Assembly: GCA_964106915.2 (NCBI GenBank)
Contig: OZ066923.1
Direction: 5' to 3' (one strand)
Length of the DNA: 64,000 nt
Source: Podarcis gaigeae
Taxonomy: Eukaryota
How positions within the stretch are numbered: the stretch's first letter is position 1; every line of letters starts with the position of its first letter. A program made the translations under genes and the position numbers. Below are positions 13,818-27,065 of this stretch, piece by piece. Below the pieces are notes generated by a model. That model saw only the letters and a program-made list of their open reading frames with translations. It made no database searches and had not been told where the DNA came from.

Positions 13818-13818
<1 letters not shown>

Positions 13819-14497
13819 GCTGAGAGGTTTTGACTGTTTTCAAGCAAAAGACTGCATTCCTTCATGGGTGACCTTCCATTGGAGTGCAGAGCCAAAGCCA
13901 CACAGATCCACACTCATACATCCACAGAAATGAACTCATTTACACACTTTTCACCTCCAGTTCACACAAATTCAGGATAATTCTGCCTTGATAGCCACTG
14001 AGAAAGGGAGTTCTCTCCGTGCTGAGTGTGAAAACACAGCAAGCTGCTGATGGAGGAAGAGAGTTTTCTCACTCTGTTGTGAGCTGAACTCGTAACCATG
14101 CCACTCTTCCCTCACTGCACAATTATTTCCTGCTGAGCAGTGCAGGCATATGAGGTTACAGACTTTCCAAGATCCCCCACAGCTAAACATCAGAAACTGC
14201 TGAGCAGCAGAGGATGCAGAGCTGCATAGGGGTTGGAGCTGAGAAGAAGGACAGGATCTAAGATGGGATGGCAACAAGACAGAAAGACAGGTTTCAAGGG
14301 TATCCCTGAGTGTATTTATCCCTTTATATATGCTCTCATATATACATTCTTATATTCACATCTCATGTAGAAGTGAATAGCTGTCGCTTACTCCTTACTC
14401 CTATTTAGACCACATAAAGAACATTTGGGGGGTGTAAGAGCAAAACCTGTTTGATACTCCTGCTACTGAGTATCCTGGCCTGCCTACTCGCAATGGG

Positions 14498-14950
14498 ATT
14501 GTTGTTGTTTAGTTGTGTCCGACTCTTTGTGACCCCATGGACCAGAGCATGCCAGGCACTACTGTTTTCCACTGCCTCCCGCAGTTTGGTCAAACTCACG
14601 CTGGTAGCTTCGAGAACACTGTCCAACCATCTTGTCCTCTGTCGTCCCCTTCTCCTTGTGCCCTCCATCTTTCCCAACATCAGGGTCTTTTCCAGGGAGT
14701 CTTCTCTTCTCTTGGGTGGCCAAAGTATTGGAGCCTCAGCTTTAGGATCTGTCCTTCCAGTGAGCACTCAGGGTTGATTTCCTTCAGAATGGACAGGTTT
14801 GATCTTCTTGCAGTCCTTGGGACCCTCAAGAGTCTCCTCCAGCACCATAATTCAAAAGCATCAATTCTTCAGCGATCAGCCTTCTTGATGGTCCAGCTCT
14901 CACTTCCATACATCACTACTGGGAAAACCATAGCTTTAACTATACGGACC
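14498..14950 (-). mobile_element. Bov-B (RTE clade) LINE 3' fragment
   Basis: Minus translation KAMVFPVVMYGSESWTIKKADR*RIDAFELWCWRRLLRVP...LEKTLMLGKMEG.RRRGRQR.RWLD...WHALVHGVTKSRT, with one stop, one frameshift and a (CAA)n tail. Confidence 0.92.
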
Positions 14951-15061
14951 TTAATATGATTATTACAAACGATACGGTCTTTAATATGACTATTTAAAAA
15001 TTGGTAAATAACTTTCTATTTTGATCATATATATTGACGTTCGTATTACTTTCTTTTAGGA

Positions 15062-15112
15062 ATGTCTGGAATCAGCAGCAGCAATGCTAACTCCAGTATG
15101 TGGTTTGGACAG
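15062..15112 (+). CDS. RAD52: RAD52 coding exon 1 (MSGISSSNANSSMWFGQ)
   Basis: Acceptor ttcttttag, ATG at 15062, ends FGQ|gtcagt like the human RAD52 first coding exon. Confidence 0.88.
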
Positions 15113-15914
15113 GTCAGTTTACCATCACCTTCAGATTTGTGTGAGATTTTCTGGTGGGGTTCAATGCAAAATCTACTATAGATAACAGCCCAGTTGAGAC
15201 ATAATGGGAAACCATGGCTTCAAAGTATGTGAGTGAATCTGCACAAACCTTGGTTTCTTATGCTTCCTACCCTGGGCATGGAGAAGCGGTTAGATACTTC
15301 TTTTAAATAAACCACAGTTCCCTGTTACGTCCAAACTTGGGGAACTGTAGTTGGTTTAAACTCTACATAGGCAGAAGAGACATGGATCATATCCAAAATA
15401 TGGTACAAAGTGCTCCTTTTTAAAGCAGAAAACAGATTTGTTTTTGTATAAAAACCATTTCCCTAGAGAGTAGCTGGAAATCCAAAATCTGTTGGGATAC
15501 TCTTAATATTTCTTTGCACTCTTTTTGCTGTTGTTTATCTCACACTACAATGCAAGCGTTATTATTACTATTTAATTCAGTTGGTGTTTGGTGACAAGTA
15601 TTGGGAAAATATCTACCAGCTGAGATTTCTTTCTGATTTGGCTGAATTATACTTAAGAGCGCTCAGATGGGAACTTGGGGGAACTCATGCAACAAAGTAG
15701 TTACCATTTTAAACAATTCATGGCATTATCATAATGAAGGAGCTACCCTGTGAGGTACAATATTTCCTTTTGGATATGGCTTTCAGAGTATAACTAGATT
15801 AAAAGTTCTTGTGGGGGATGGGACTGATTGAACTAAATCAGTTGCAAGAAAGGGGGAGAAATTAGTTATGAATATACTAGATCTTTCCATGATTGTGTGT
15901 GTGGTTTGCTCAAG

Positions 15915-16016
15915 TGTCAGTATACAGCAGATGAGTACCAGGCCGTCCAGGCTGCCCTGCGACAGAGATTGGGCCCAGAATACATCAGTAGCCGGCAAGC
16001 TGGAGGAGGACAGAAG
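15915..16016 (+). CDS. RAD52: RAD52 coding exon 2 (CQYTADEYQ...RQAGGGQK)
   Basis: Rad52 N-terminal domain; aag acceptor, gtacaa donor. Confidence 0.96.
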
Positions 16017-17111
16017 GTACAAAAGTGTGTACACAGTTTTTATTTACTTGATATTGAAAATTACCCATTGCCTGTTGGTAATGCATATTTCCCTGAATCC
16101 TTTTGGGCAGCAGTTCCCTACGCCCTGGCTTTCTCAGGAGGAGCACCATAATGTAGGGGGGGGGGGAAACTCCCAAGAGACTGTGATCTACTCACAGAAT
16201 TAAAAACTGGCAGTGATCTACCCCCGTTTTGGGGGTGTTCAGGTCAAAGTTGTTGAGCTTTTTAGGGAGGAGGAAAGCCACGGTTTTTGAGAATGCAAGC
16301 CTAAGCTCAAAGGGAGGGGGTGGGGCCGGATTCTATTTTACCAATACTAAGGAAAGGGACCCAGTGTTCAATCACAATCTACCAAAACCTCCCAGGGATC
16401 TACCAGTAAATCGCGATCAACCTGGTGGGCATACCTGGTGTAGGGTTATCTGCAAGTGGTACTTGCTGTATGCTGCAATCTTCCAAGTCAGAGGCAAATC
16501 TGGTGTCCACAGAGGTATCAGCATTTGTTAATGATAGTACTTTCTGGCTCTCCAGTTTGGAGAGGTGGACAGCCCTGGCTCACTACCTTTCCTCAAAGCA
16601 GCTCTCCCATTGCTGGCCAGGGATTTAGAGAAATAAGTGCAGTACAGGGCAGACCTGGGGTGTAGGATTCTTTTCACATGTAATAGCCTTCATAATTTCA
16701 AAACAAATGTGCTGAAAATCTGGTGTGCTATGCTACTGAATCATAAACCCTAGAATTTTGAACATGATGCTCAATGCTTCCTTGCCCATCCCCCTTGCAA
16801 GTGCTCCATATCACTGCCTTGTGCAAGCATTCTTCAGTTGAAAATTTAATAAATTCTTGACAATTAATATCTCAAACTCAGAACAATTAATTTTAATTTT
16901 GGTTAGCTGTTTGGTACGGTAACGTGGAACACACTTATAAACACTAGGTGCTGGTATATTGTGTGTTCCAATTTTCTTTTGATATGATGATTCTTGGTCG
17001 GACGCAGTGCCTGGAAGCCATGTTGCAAGTAGATGTCGCTTCTGCAATAATTTAATGAGATTAAGACTGACCAAGAAGGATTTTTGTCACTTTTGTCCTT
17101 TCTACTTTCAG

Positions 17112-17205
17112 GTTTGCTACATTGAAGGACACAGAGTCATCAGTCTGGCCAATGAAATGTTTGGCTACAATGGCTGGGCTCATTCTGTCACTCAGCAGAA
17201 TGTCG
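17112..17205 (+). CDS. RAD52: RAD52 coding exon 3 ([31 protein letters not shown])
   Basis: Hallmark Rad52 motif; cag acceptor, gtgag donor. Confidence 0.97.
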
Positions 17206-17837
17206 GTGAGAACCAATTTTAAGCTTCTTCCAGCTGCTTCATGCTGCAGGTTCTATAGGTTAACAAAATGTTCTTGTGCAAAAGACTATCCTAGCAGAAT
17301 GAAACAATAAGAGGTTGGGTGCAAATAATGGCATTGTTCCACGTAAGGAAGCTTTTGATCTAGCAGCAGCTTTCATGAATAGAAAGTGGAGAAAGCACCC
17401 CCCCCCCCGATTCCTCCTTCGGCTCCTGCTTTCCTCAAAAACCTGTTCTAGAGGAGTGGGGTCCCCCCCTCCAAGAGTTATGTGGGAAGTGGCATGGAAA
17501 GCATAAATGAGAACTGGTGAGAACCTTGTGCCCTGCCCCATTCATTCATGAAATCTTCTGCTAGTATTCAGAGTTTTCCATGAACAGAGCACCTCTGCTA
17601 GATGCAACACAATATGATCATGAGTTTCTACATCTTGAGAAAGGGTGCTTCTCACATGTCACCTGGAAGCAGAATTTTCCATAGCAGTTGGGGAGGCACA
17701 GCATGAGTTGGCATGGGGCAACCATGACAACATATTAAAGTGGTTTCCCCTTAAATTTCAGAATTCAGTGTATTGTCAGTTACACAGTGAATACATATAG
17801 AAAAAAGAATCCTTGCCCTAGCAGTTAGCAGTTTTCA

Positions 17838-17838
<1 letters not shown>

Positions 17839-17885
<47 letters not shown>

Positions 17886-17886
17886 A
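17839..17886. repeat. (TAAA)n microsatellite
   Basis: About 12 units, seen directly. Confidence 0.95.
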
Positions 17887-18769
17887 TCTGAAAACTGCAA
17901 TCCTGTACAGGCGTTGGAAACGTCTCCCAAAATTATGGCTGCAGCTGTCTCATCCTCAAAAGATCTGTTGTGCTGAGGGAGGACTTTTGTGGCCTAGCAA
18001 CAGGAGGTTGAACGGAAAAGGCAGAGGGGAGACACTTAAGTCTTTCAGCTCAGTAACAACAACTGGAAGAATAAAACCCCCATCTCAAAAACTTCACCTA
18101 GATCACCTTAAGGATCTGAAATGATATTAGGTAACAAAAACTACAGAGCTGTCAGAAAGGCAGAAGGGAGCGAAAGCACAATACTACAAGCTATAAGTTA
18201 TACTTCATTATAACCTTGCTTTCTGTATGGATAGATTTTCCTGTAAAAAGTATTTCGGAAAATGATCCAGTCTGCACATTCATATTTTGAAACCTATTCT
18301 GATCCCTGACATTACTCTTACCTGCTTTGCTTATGAATGTTTCACTTTTTTTATTCCATCGCATACAAAACCTTAATCCCCTCCTAGAAATTGGTAGCAT
18401 TCTGTGCATTAAAAAAATAAAATATCCTGGAGAATATTCTGAACCTACATATGTTTAATTATCAATTCTCAGCACATATTCAGTTCGCCAAGAGGATAGA
18501 GTCATAGAGATTTACAAAATAAAGACCAGTTCCTAGGGAAGCTGATTCTGTCATCTTGAATGTGATTCAGATTATCAGAAGCTGAAATTCCTCATAGAAT
18601 ATTACTACTAATGAAATTGTTTGATTTTAAAATATTTTTAAAAGCTGATGGGAAACGTTATAACTTGATTACGGCAGCCTAAAACTGCATTACTATTTTC
18701 TGCAGCTGCATCACACTGCTGACTCAATGTGACTCTCTGTCCATTTGGGTTTTTTTGTTTCCCCCACCT

Positions 18770-19200
18770 CCCCCAAATGCAGGACTTAGCATTTGCCTCT
18801 GTTGAATTTTATCTTGTAAGAATGGGGAGCTAGGCCAAAGCTACCAAGTTCATTCTGAATTTTACTCCTGTTTGCTTAGGCATTAGTGATCTATCCCAGT
18901 TTTGTGTCTTCTGCAAATAGTGTAGCATTCCCTCCACACCTTCATTTAAATCATTGATCAGATGTTGAAGAGTCCCAGAGCCCTACATCACCTCACTCAA
19001 ATCATTCATCCGGTTTGATGAGAAGCCATTGATGAACACCCTTCTAAGTATGGCTTCCAACCAGCTCTGAATCCAGCGTTATTTATCAGTACACATTCAA
19101 CGAGTCTGCTAATAAAACATCATGATGAGCTTTGTCAAATGCTTTGCTGAAATAAAAATAAATGGGGTCCACAGCATTCCCACAGTTCACTAAGGTCAAT
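18770..19200 (-). mobile_element. Degraded CR1 LINE reverse-transcriptase fragment
   Basis: Minus strand shows remnants of DFSKAFD, FINDL and FADDTKLG. Confidence 0.7.
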
Positions 19201-19516
19201 AATGCAGCAATGTCTTAAGGGTAATTTTTGGGTCCATGTACTCTTTTATCTGAACATTATCCTCAGAATCCTCTAGTTCATATCAGAAACCAACATTCTG
19301 CTTGGGAAATATCTCTGTATCCTTTCTGGTTAATTTCTTCGACAAACATTTGCATCCATGCCAACAGTGTTGGGACCATATTCTAAATTCCCTATATTTT
19401 CTCCTACATCTCTTTATGACTGCCTAGCTACCAGTACACAGTAATAATAGGCAGACCAAGCATTCGGTTCCCTATGTTAGAGTAAATGCTTTGCTTTTTG
19501 TTTCTGCTCTTCACAG

Positions 19517-19584
19517 ATTTTGTGGATCTTAATAATGGCAAGTTCTATGTGGGGGTCTGTGCCTTTGTGAAAGTCCAACTTAAG
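19517..19584 (+). CDS. RAD52: RAD52 coding exon 4 ([23 protein letters not shown])
   Basis: Read directly from sequence; cag acceptor, gtaaat donor. Confidence 0.96.
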
Positions 19585-20076
19585 GTAAATGGGGTGGGGA
19601 GATATGTAGGTGGTGCTGGTTTTTCAGAGCCATGAAAGTAAAGTGAATAGTATGCAAAAGGTACATAACAATATGACTGTTGGTGTTACTTCCTGTTGAA
19701 CAAAAATGCATATTTATTAGACCCGTCACTGATCAAAACACACACCTGTTTTTTAAGATGAAATAAGATACTGTAGGAAAAAATCCTGACTTATGCATTT
19801 GCTTTTAAACAGTGACAAGTCTTAAACTGCAATGCATGTATCCAAATGCTGTTGGTTTCCATTTTTTAGGCAGTATCTGGCGGAAGATTGGAATACTTTG
19901 AACTAGCATAATATTTCAGGTTTGATTGACACTTGAGTCCCTGCAGACTCCAGAAAAACTGAATGTACTGCAGTGCCTGCTTAAGCTGCTTTTGCCACAA
20001 ACCAAGGTTCATTAGGGTGGCTATAGTCAAACCTAAATGGCCATTTATTTTTTTCTTGCATATTCTTAAATTGCAG

Positions 20077-20195
20077 GATGGCTCATACCATGAAGATGTT
20101 GGCTATGGAGTAAGTGAAGGCTTGAAGTCTAAGGCCTTGTCCCTAGAAAAAGCAAGGAAGGAAGCTGTTACAGATGGTCTGAAGAGGGCACTGAA
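20077..20195 (+). CDS. RAD52: RAD52 coding exon 5 ([11 protein letters not shown]...[11 protein letters not shown])
   Basis: Conserved motif; cag acceptor, gtaagt donor. Confidence 0.97.
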
Positions 20196-20291
20196 GTAAG
20201 TGGCAATCAACAGAAGACATTTTGCTAGCCTGAAAGCAATGAAAAAGGGGAACTGTGTTCTAAAAGACGACTAACTCTCATCCTTTCTCAG

Positions 20292-20367
20292 GTGCTTTGG
20301 TAATGCTCTTGGGAATTGCATCCTGGACAAAGACTACTTGCGATCAGTGAATAAGCTTCCTCGCCAG
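20292..20367 (+). CDS. RAD52: RAD52 coding exon 6 ([25 protein letters not shown])
   Basis: Follows a 96-nt intron with a GACTAAC branch point; gtgtgt donor. Confidence 0.96.
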
Positions 20368-21792
20368 GTGTGTTACTTGGGACTTCCAAAAACTAGAATT
20401 CTGCAGTAAAAATGCCAAATTCTGCTTTGAGTATAGATAATACAGACAAGAAAGGCTCCATTCTTTATTCTGCCATGCAACAGTACATTCTTCTTGAATA
20501 GGTAATTTCATTGCCTGGATATTCTAGCTGAAAATTCTTCTGATTATTTTCTGACGCACCATATCTCTACTGTGTGTGTCTTTGCTTACACTTTTTCTGC
20601 TTCAAAACACTCAATAATTTTTCATGTATGTGTGTTTTTTCACTTTCCAGTCAGAGCTGTGTTCAGGAGCAAGCAGAAAATTATAGTACCTTCCAATGAA
20701 CACTGAAAATCAGAGCTTACTATGTTGTTCTTTTTTATATATAGAATAGTCCAGCCCCCATCTTCTTGTAATTCTTATTGCACCATTTCTCCCCTCACAG
20801 TGATCTCTTTCTAAAGCAACTAGCTTGTCTTGCAGCATTGTTAAATTATTTTCTGAGCAGATTTCCGGGCATTCGTTATTTTTAATAGTGAGATGCCAAA
20901 ATGCATTTTTTCTTAGGATAGATGCGCTTAAGCCTGTTTTCACAAGGACAAATGGCCAACGAATGAATCCGAGCCCTGTTTGGGCTGGGGATAGAGGAGG
21001 CTTGGATTGGTTGCATGTGCCCAAGAGGTTTGCAGATGCAGTAGTAGCCCTACCAGTCTATAAAGCCTTACTGGTTTGGATTGCTCTCTAAACCATTTGA
21101 TTAAATCTATCTTAGGTGTTATATCCTTTTTTCAGAAAGGTCCTTATCTTCTCTTGCCTCGAAACAGCTTCATCTCCAGTCATCATTACTAACTGGGCTC
21201 TTCTACAACCACCCCACCCCAGTGAATCATCATTTAAGCTGTTGCATTCTGGTCGACCCATCCTTCACACATCTACAGTATTCCTTGCTGACTGCAGCCC
21301 GTAGTGTGTGTCACCTAAATTGGCATTCCGTCAAAAGGGCAGAGTATGCTTTTGGCTGTGCTGGATTGAAAGCTGCAGACAGGCTGAAATTGTCATGTTT
21401 ACTGATTTCTACAGCACTCCCAGGCTATTAATCTGCAGTTTTCTTCATTTGTTCTTTCTACATCTGTTTTAAAATAACACCTAGGTTGCTTTAAGAGGGG
21501 GGGAAATCAACATGACAAAGAATTGCAAGGAAACAAAGCTGATCCACAAAGTACATGTTGACAGAGTTGGTGTTGATTACTAAACATGACAAATCTCCAC
21601 TAAGTTACAGAAAAATAACCACATTGGTTGAGTTCACAGCACCAGGCCGAAACTTGGTTGTGAACAGGCAAAGTGTTCCAGGAAAGCAATTTGTCTCCTG
21701 GGCAACATGACAGATGAGTCTGTGAAATGTTTCCATTACATTCTGAAGTTTTGTAGCTACTGAAAGGCTGTTTGTTTTATTCCTATTACTAG

Positions 21793-21980
21793 ATGCCTCC
21801 AGATTTTGATTTGAGCAATGCTAAAAGACAGGATTTTGAGCCTGCTATAGAAAAGGCAAGATACAATAGCTGCTTGAAGAAGACAAGTGAAGACCACCAG
21901 CAGTTTTCTACAGCGACTCCTGTCAAAACTGAGCAGTTAGAATCTTCTTTGAGTACTTCTGAACAAGATCAGCAAAGCAG
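21793..21980 (+). CDS. RAD52: RAD52 coding exon 7 (MPPDFDLSNAKRQDFEPAIEKARYNSC...)
   Basis: Similar to human [27 protein letters not shown]; tag acceptor, gttgga donor. Confidence 0.9.
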
Positions 21981-23611
21981 GTTGGAGATCTAATACACTA
22001 GATACATAAGCTTATACAGTAAGCCCGCAACTTATGCACATTTAACTTGTGCCTATTCAGCTTTACTTGCTTGGCAAAAATAAATAAAAGCAATGAAAAA
22101 AAGAGTGGCTGGCTGGTTGGGGCAAAAAAGATTTTGGTAATCCCACCCACTATTTAACACAGTGTGTTTTGACTCCTTGGAACATAACCTCTGCTTAAAT
22201 TGCAAACTTACTGTAGTCTTAATTGCTAATGCTTTGTATATTCTAGAGCAAAAAATGGAGAATTTTGCTTACCTTCATGAATTCTAGTTTCTTGCCAGAC
22301 ATTAGTCCATAATACTGAGATTCTTTCCTCCCTGTCCACTGGGAGGAGGCTCTTTTCCCTAGAAGAACACATTTGGTTGGGCTAGTAAATGCTTCCCACT
22401 TCCTTCCTCAAACCAGACCCTGATAACACAGTGAGAATAAGAGAAGCACATTGGCACCTAACCCATGGCCTAATTTCCATGCCAGAATCCAAACCTGAAG
22501 AAAGCTGGCAAGTAAGGAAAATAATCTTCAATGGAGGTGTGCAATTTTTTTTCTGTTCTTCCAACTTGTCACCATCCAGTGGTCTCTAACCCAGGAGCTT
22601 AACAAAGCAGTGTTCCAAATGCCCAGGGAGGGAGAGAGATCAGGATTCTGGCTAGCAGCGTACATTGAAGCACCCTTTGACTAAAGGCTGCATCTACAGA
22701 TACAAAAAACTTAAATTCTGTGTAGGGATGAACAGGTGACTTCTCTGTGCAGCACACTGGAGACTTAAATAGCCCATGAAGTAGCATACTCTTTGAAGAA
22801 ATGCAACAGGGTACCAGGTCTGTGCAACTATCTTGTGCTCGGGAGCCAAGCCAGCTTCTGTATCCTTGCTCAGGAAATAAAGACCTTGGCTTGTACTGAG
22901 TTGAAGATCACTTCCTGATGTTGCAATCTGCATTCTAAATGAAGGTGGTCCTTGACACATCAAGGACCTTGGAAGGGAGACAGCCACCAGTTCTTTCTAC
23001 TTCTACCTGCAATTAAACTCTTTAGTAGGCTTTTGCCAAGGTGGGCTAGGAGGACTCCCCAGTGAATGAGGCCTGCTATGAGTACAAGAATGGTTAGTAC
23101 ATGCAGGTATGTGTTCCTGAGAGCAATGGAAGTAATAAACTTTCCTTCAGATACACAACTGCAAGATTGGCTCAGGGTTCCTTTGAGTACAATCTGCAGA
23201 CCGCAGGTTTAATCTCAATTCTTCCCTGAACAATTTTTTAAAAGTCAGGGCAGACTATAGTGTTCATTCACTGAGATGGCAGGAGAAAGACTGGTTTGTG
23301 AGAAGTACCTCCTAGTATAACCTTAGGCCAAGTCTTGTAGGATAAAGTCTTCTTCCTTTATGGATTGCTTTATGGACCACTGGATGCATGCAAGTAGACA
23401 GAATAGGAAATCTGAGGCAAGAGAATGTCTGTAGTTGAATAAATTATGCAAGTTACATGTGAATGTAGTTACACAGCCCTTGGCTATTGCCATATATGCT
23501 AAAGTGTCACCCCCCACCCCACATCCTGGTTATATTGTCTACTCTGAGCAAGTATGGTTATGAAATGGGGAATTTAGTGGTAACATTCCCTCTTCCTGTA
23601 TTCTCTTGTAG

Positions 23612-23745
23612 TGAGGTCTCGCTGTGTGATGCAACATACCACCGGAAGTTGCGGCAGAAACAACTTCAGCAGCAGTTCAGACAGCAGATGCAGAAGAAAC
23701 AGCAAATCCAGCCAACTACTCCAGCTTGTGAACCTAGAGGTCAAG
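23612..23745 (+). CDS. RAD52: RAD52 coding exon 8 with RPA-binding RQK motif (YHRKLRQKQLQQQFRQQM)
   Basis: Conserved RKLRQKQLQQQF; tag acceptor, gtaaaa donor. Confidence 0.93.
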
Positions 23746-24906
23746 GTAAAATGCTAGTTAGAATCTGCATCCGCTGCACTGCAAAGAAGCTCAGAATGGG
23801 CAGATGAAGTACCTAAGTAACAGGGCTAATTCTTTCCTGCCGTGTTAACTGTATCACTGTAAGAGTTGAAAGTGAGATGTAAAATAAGTGTGTTTTCCCT
23901 GGATATGACTCTCTTTAAAGAGGTCAAAATGAGGGCTTAACCCAAACTTTAATCTGCTGCTGCTTTGACTAGCATCTGAAGGGGGGGGGGAGTTACATTT
24001 TTGAAACTATCTCATTTGACTTTTTTTTTAATCCATTAATTAATTTTCATGTGGTGCTGCATTTTTAGAGATTGAATTTTCCTGGCAAAATAAATGGCAG
24101 CAGAAACTTTTCTGTCCCATGTCGCTGAATGTGTTAAAGAAGATATTTCCTTCCAATGCTGGTGTCAACTTTTGTTTGTTAAGTAGTTACGTCTCACTTC
24201 ATTTAGCATTGTGAAAATGGCACCTATTATTGAAGGTTTCATAAAATGTAGATATAATTATTTAATCCATCAGTTAACTCAAATCAACAAAAAATTATAT
24301 AATCAGCCTAATATATTTTTGAAAAATAGTGCCCTGACCCAACCTATAAAAGTAAGTAGCAATATTAATAAAACCCATTAATAAGGTGAATGTCAGATTA
24401 GGGACTTGTTTTAATGTTGGTGTTTGTAAGCCCAATTCAATTGTAAGCCCCAACTAAGATGGGAGAACAGTGTAGCAGTCAGATTTGTGATAGAGATGGG
24501 GAGAGCAGCTGGTATATCAGTCTGGGTCCAGGCTAGGTTAGAGCATATTAATAACAACACCTATCTGTTGTTATTAATAGTTGAAATAACCATCTTTCTC
24601 CATATTGAGCCAAATTCAGATAAGTTGGCATTCCTTGGACGAAATGGAAATTAATAGCTTACTCATGCTGGGTCATTTAGGCAAGTCCTTTTTTGTCATT
24701 ATGATGTGGGACAGCTCTTGTGAAGAATATTATTTGTTCCATTATCGATAAAGCCCCAAACCACCACTATCCTGTCTCTTCCCCACCCCCTATCAGCCTA
24801 GGAAGACAACTTATGCATTATTTCTATGCAAATAGTCTAAATCCAGAGAAATATGTACTCTTCCACTAATCTCAGTAACATTAAGCTTCTTTTTTATCTT
24901 GTCCAG

Positions 24907-24984
24907 AAGCATGTGCTCTTCCTGCTATTAAGCACAGCACTTCAGCACAGCTGGAACCAGCTGTGGAAGAGGAGTTCCTTGCAG
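24907..24984 (+). CDS. RAD52: RAD52 coding exon 9 (EACALPAIKHSTSAQLEPAVEEEFLA)
   Basis: Phase 1-1; HST...FLA resembles the human exon; cag acceptor, gtgggt donor. Confidence 0.82.
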
Positions 24985-25059
24985 GTGGGTGAGGGTTGTT
25001 GGTACTTTCAGGTATTTTATACCATCTTTTCCGGGGAACATGCTATTAATGTGGGTCAC

Positions 25060-25147
25060 AAATAAGAATCTCAGGGTCGTGGGTTCGAGTCCCATTCCTG
25101 CATTGTCAGGGGTTGGACTAGATGACCCTTGTGGTCCCTATGATTGT
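25060..25147 (+). mobile_element. Squam3-like tRNA-derived SINE, partial
   Basis: B-box ggttcgagtccc followed by ttcctgcattg..ggggttggactagatgaccct. Confidence 0.6.
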
Positions 25148-25750
25148 TCAGTTACAATAGCCAACTGCAGGAAGAGCCTCTGCAGTTTATCTTACTATCT
25201 GGTCCCAAGTCGTTTACAGCTTTAAACATAATAACCACTTTAGCTCCCCAAATGCTAAAGGAACCAGCTGATATAGTCAGTGTTACATACTCCGATCCAT
25301 TGGCTCCCATGAACAACTGGTAGCCACATTCTGTAAGAACTACAGCTTCCAAAAACAGCCCCACACAGTGTGCATTTTAATAAGTCTTGCTGTAACTTAA
25401 TGCCTGTGGCTGGTTCACCTTCTTGCAGCATTTCAGGCAACAGGACACACAAAGAAGAAATGTGCATCCTTTTTCTAGATTCTCCTTCCTCCATAACACC
25501 ATCTGAGAGGAGAAACGGATAGAGGCCGTTTGTAAGGCAAAATCAGTGGACACAGAAGAAGCAAGCACACACACACACAAACACACCCCGGTGTGTTCCT
25601 ATGTCATTGCAAAACCCAAGCTTGGGATTTCGTGTTTGCTGACACAATGTCTAGTTCCACCCCGTTACAGTTTTAATCCAGTCGCAGTCAAGACGTGGAA
25701 TGGAATGGTCAGCAGCTGACCCTTCACTGTTAATGTTCAATTTCTTCCAG

Positions 25751-25960
25751 ATGACCCTGAGCTTTGGGACTTACCTTTGGAGGCCACGAACCTTAGTGTT
25801 ACCAGTCACAGCACGGCAGCTGGGCCAGCCCAAAACCCAGGCACACCTTGTGGGCAGTATGACATTATGACACGCAGCAGAACGCCACAAAAGATAAATA
25901 ACCAGAGGCCCTATGCAAAACCACAGCATCCCTCTACTAGTCCTCGACCTCACATACCAG
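25751..25960 (+). CDS. RAD52: RAD52 coding exon 10 (DDPELWDLPLE...MTRSRTPQK...)
   Basis: Strong ttcttccag acceptor and gtaagt donor; phase 1-1. Confidence 0.9.
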
Positions 25961-26350
25961 GTAAGTTTAAGAGGTGGAGAAGCAAATGTAGACAGCAGCA
26001 GAAACTGGGTAATATAGGGTGGTGGTTTGTCAACAATGGGGCAAGCATGTATATCTATTTTAGCTTAGCACACTCAAATTGCAAATCATCTACGCTACCT
26101 CTGAATCTTGCGGTGCCCAGCAACGAGTGGTGAAAGATTTCTTGCTACTTTTTTGGTGCTTTCGGTCTCAAAGCCTCCTCCAAGATTGCTGCAACTTGCG
26201 TCGAAGTAAAGGTGTTTTAAGATGCAGTTCTAAGTTCAGGCTTTGCAAACTGTTCGGAGAAATGGTCTCTTGAAGAGAGAGAACAAAAGTAGGTAATATC
26301 TCAGTTGTGTAAGAGAAAGTTCTCCTATATACAATTGTTTCCTGTTTTAG

Positions 26351-26412
26351 CTGAGTGCAGCCCATACAGGAGGAGCCAAGGGATGAAGAAGAGAAGGCTG
26401 GAGCCTGCATAG
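26351..26412 (+). CDS. RAD52: RAD52 last coding exon with NLS (AECSPYRRSQGMKKRRLEPA*)
   Basis: C-terminal MKKRR basic NLS (human MKKRK); TAG at 26410-26412. Confidence 0.92.
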
Positions 26413-27059
26413 CAGAAGATGAATGATTTGACTGTGGTGCTTTATCTGTTCAGGTTTCAGAACGCAATTTGCACTCTGAAGTTTCAGAATGGAGAATATT
26501 CTTCAGACCTTACTATATCAAGCACTAAACAGGAAAAAGGTTGTGCTCATGATTTTTCAGAATTTGAAAGTTTTAAACATTGTTTTCCATCAACTGTATC
26601 TTTAGAAAAGAATACCAGTATTTTTTCCCATTAAGATTAACAGATGTAACTCCATACCCAAATACAAAACATTGCTTTGTTCTTAACTCCCTTTATTGTA
26701 ATAGGAAGGAATCCATTTTAACAAGGCTGCATCTTGTAAAGCAAGGCAAACTATTTTTGTACTATTTGCCCTTTCCTAAGGAAAAAAATAGAACCAAAAC
26801 TGAAGGAATGTAACAGCATTTTAAAAATGTACTCTGATACAAGTTTCGTGTAACAGTAATAGTAATTTACTTATGTGGAATGAAAAGTTTTTTAAGGCTA
26901 GGATGCCACTGTGCTAATTATGCAATGTGAATCCTGCTTATTAAGGTGGTTAAATTAAAGCTTTTCATTCAGAAAAGCTGTGAGATTTGATGTCCCACTG
27001 TATGAAGACTGGAGCCAGCCACACAAACACTTTTATCATTTTTCCCTTGTTCTCTTTCA

Positions 27060-27065
27060 AATAAA
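27060..27065 (+). terminator. Candidate RAD52 polyadenylation signal AATAAA
   Basis: First canonical hexamer noticed, about 650 nt after the stop; ATTAAA near 26955 is an alternative. Confidence 0.45.

Larger units (their letters stand above)
15062..26412 (+). other. RAD52: RAD52 gene coding span, 11 coding exons, 393 aa
   Basis: Exons 51+102+94+68+119+76+188+134+78+210+62 = 1182 nt, all GT-AG and phase-compatible. Confidence 0.96.

Noticed and set aside
14405-14959. ORFs of 108-148 aa as host genes
   Set aside because: They are frames of the broken Bov-B fragment.
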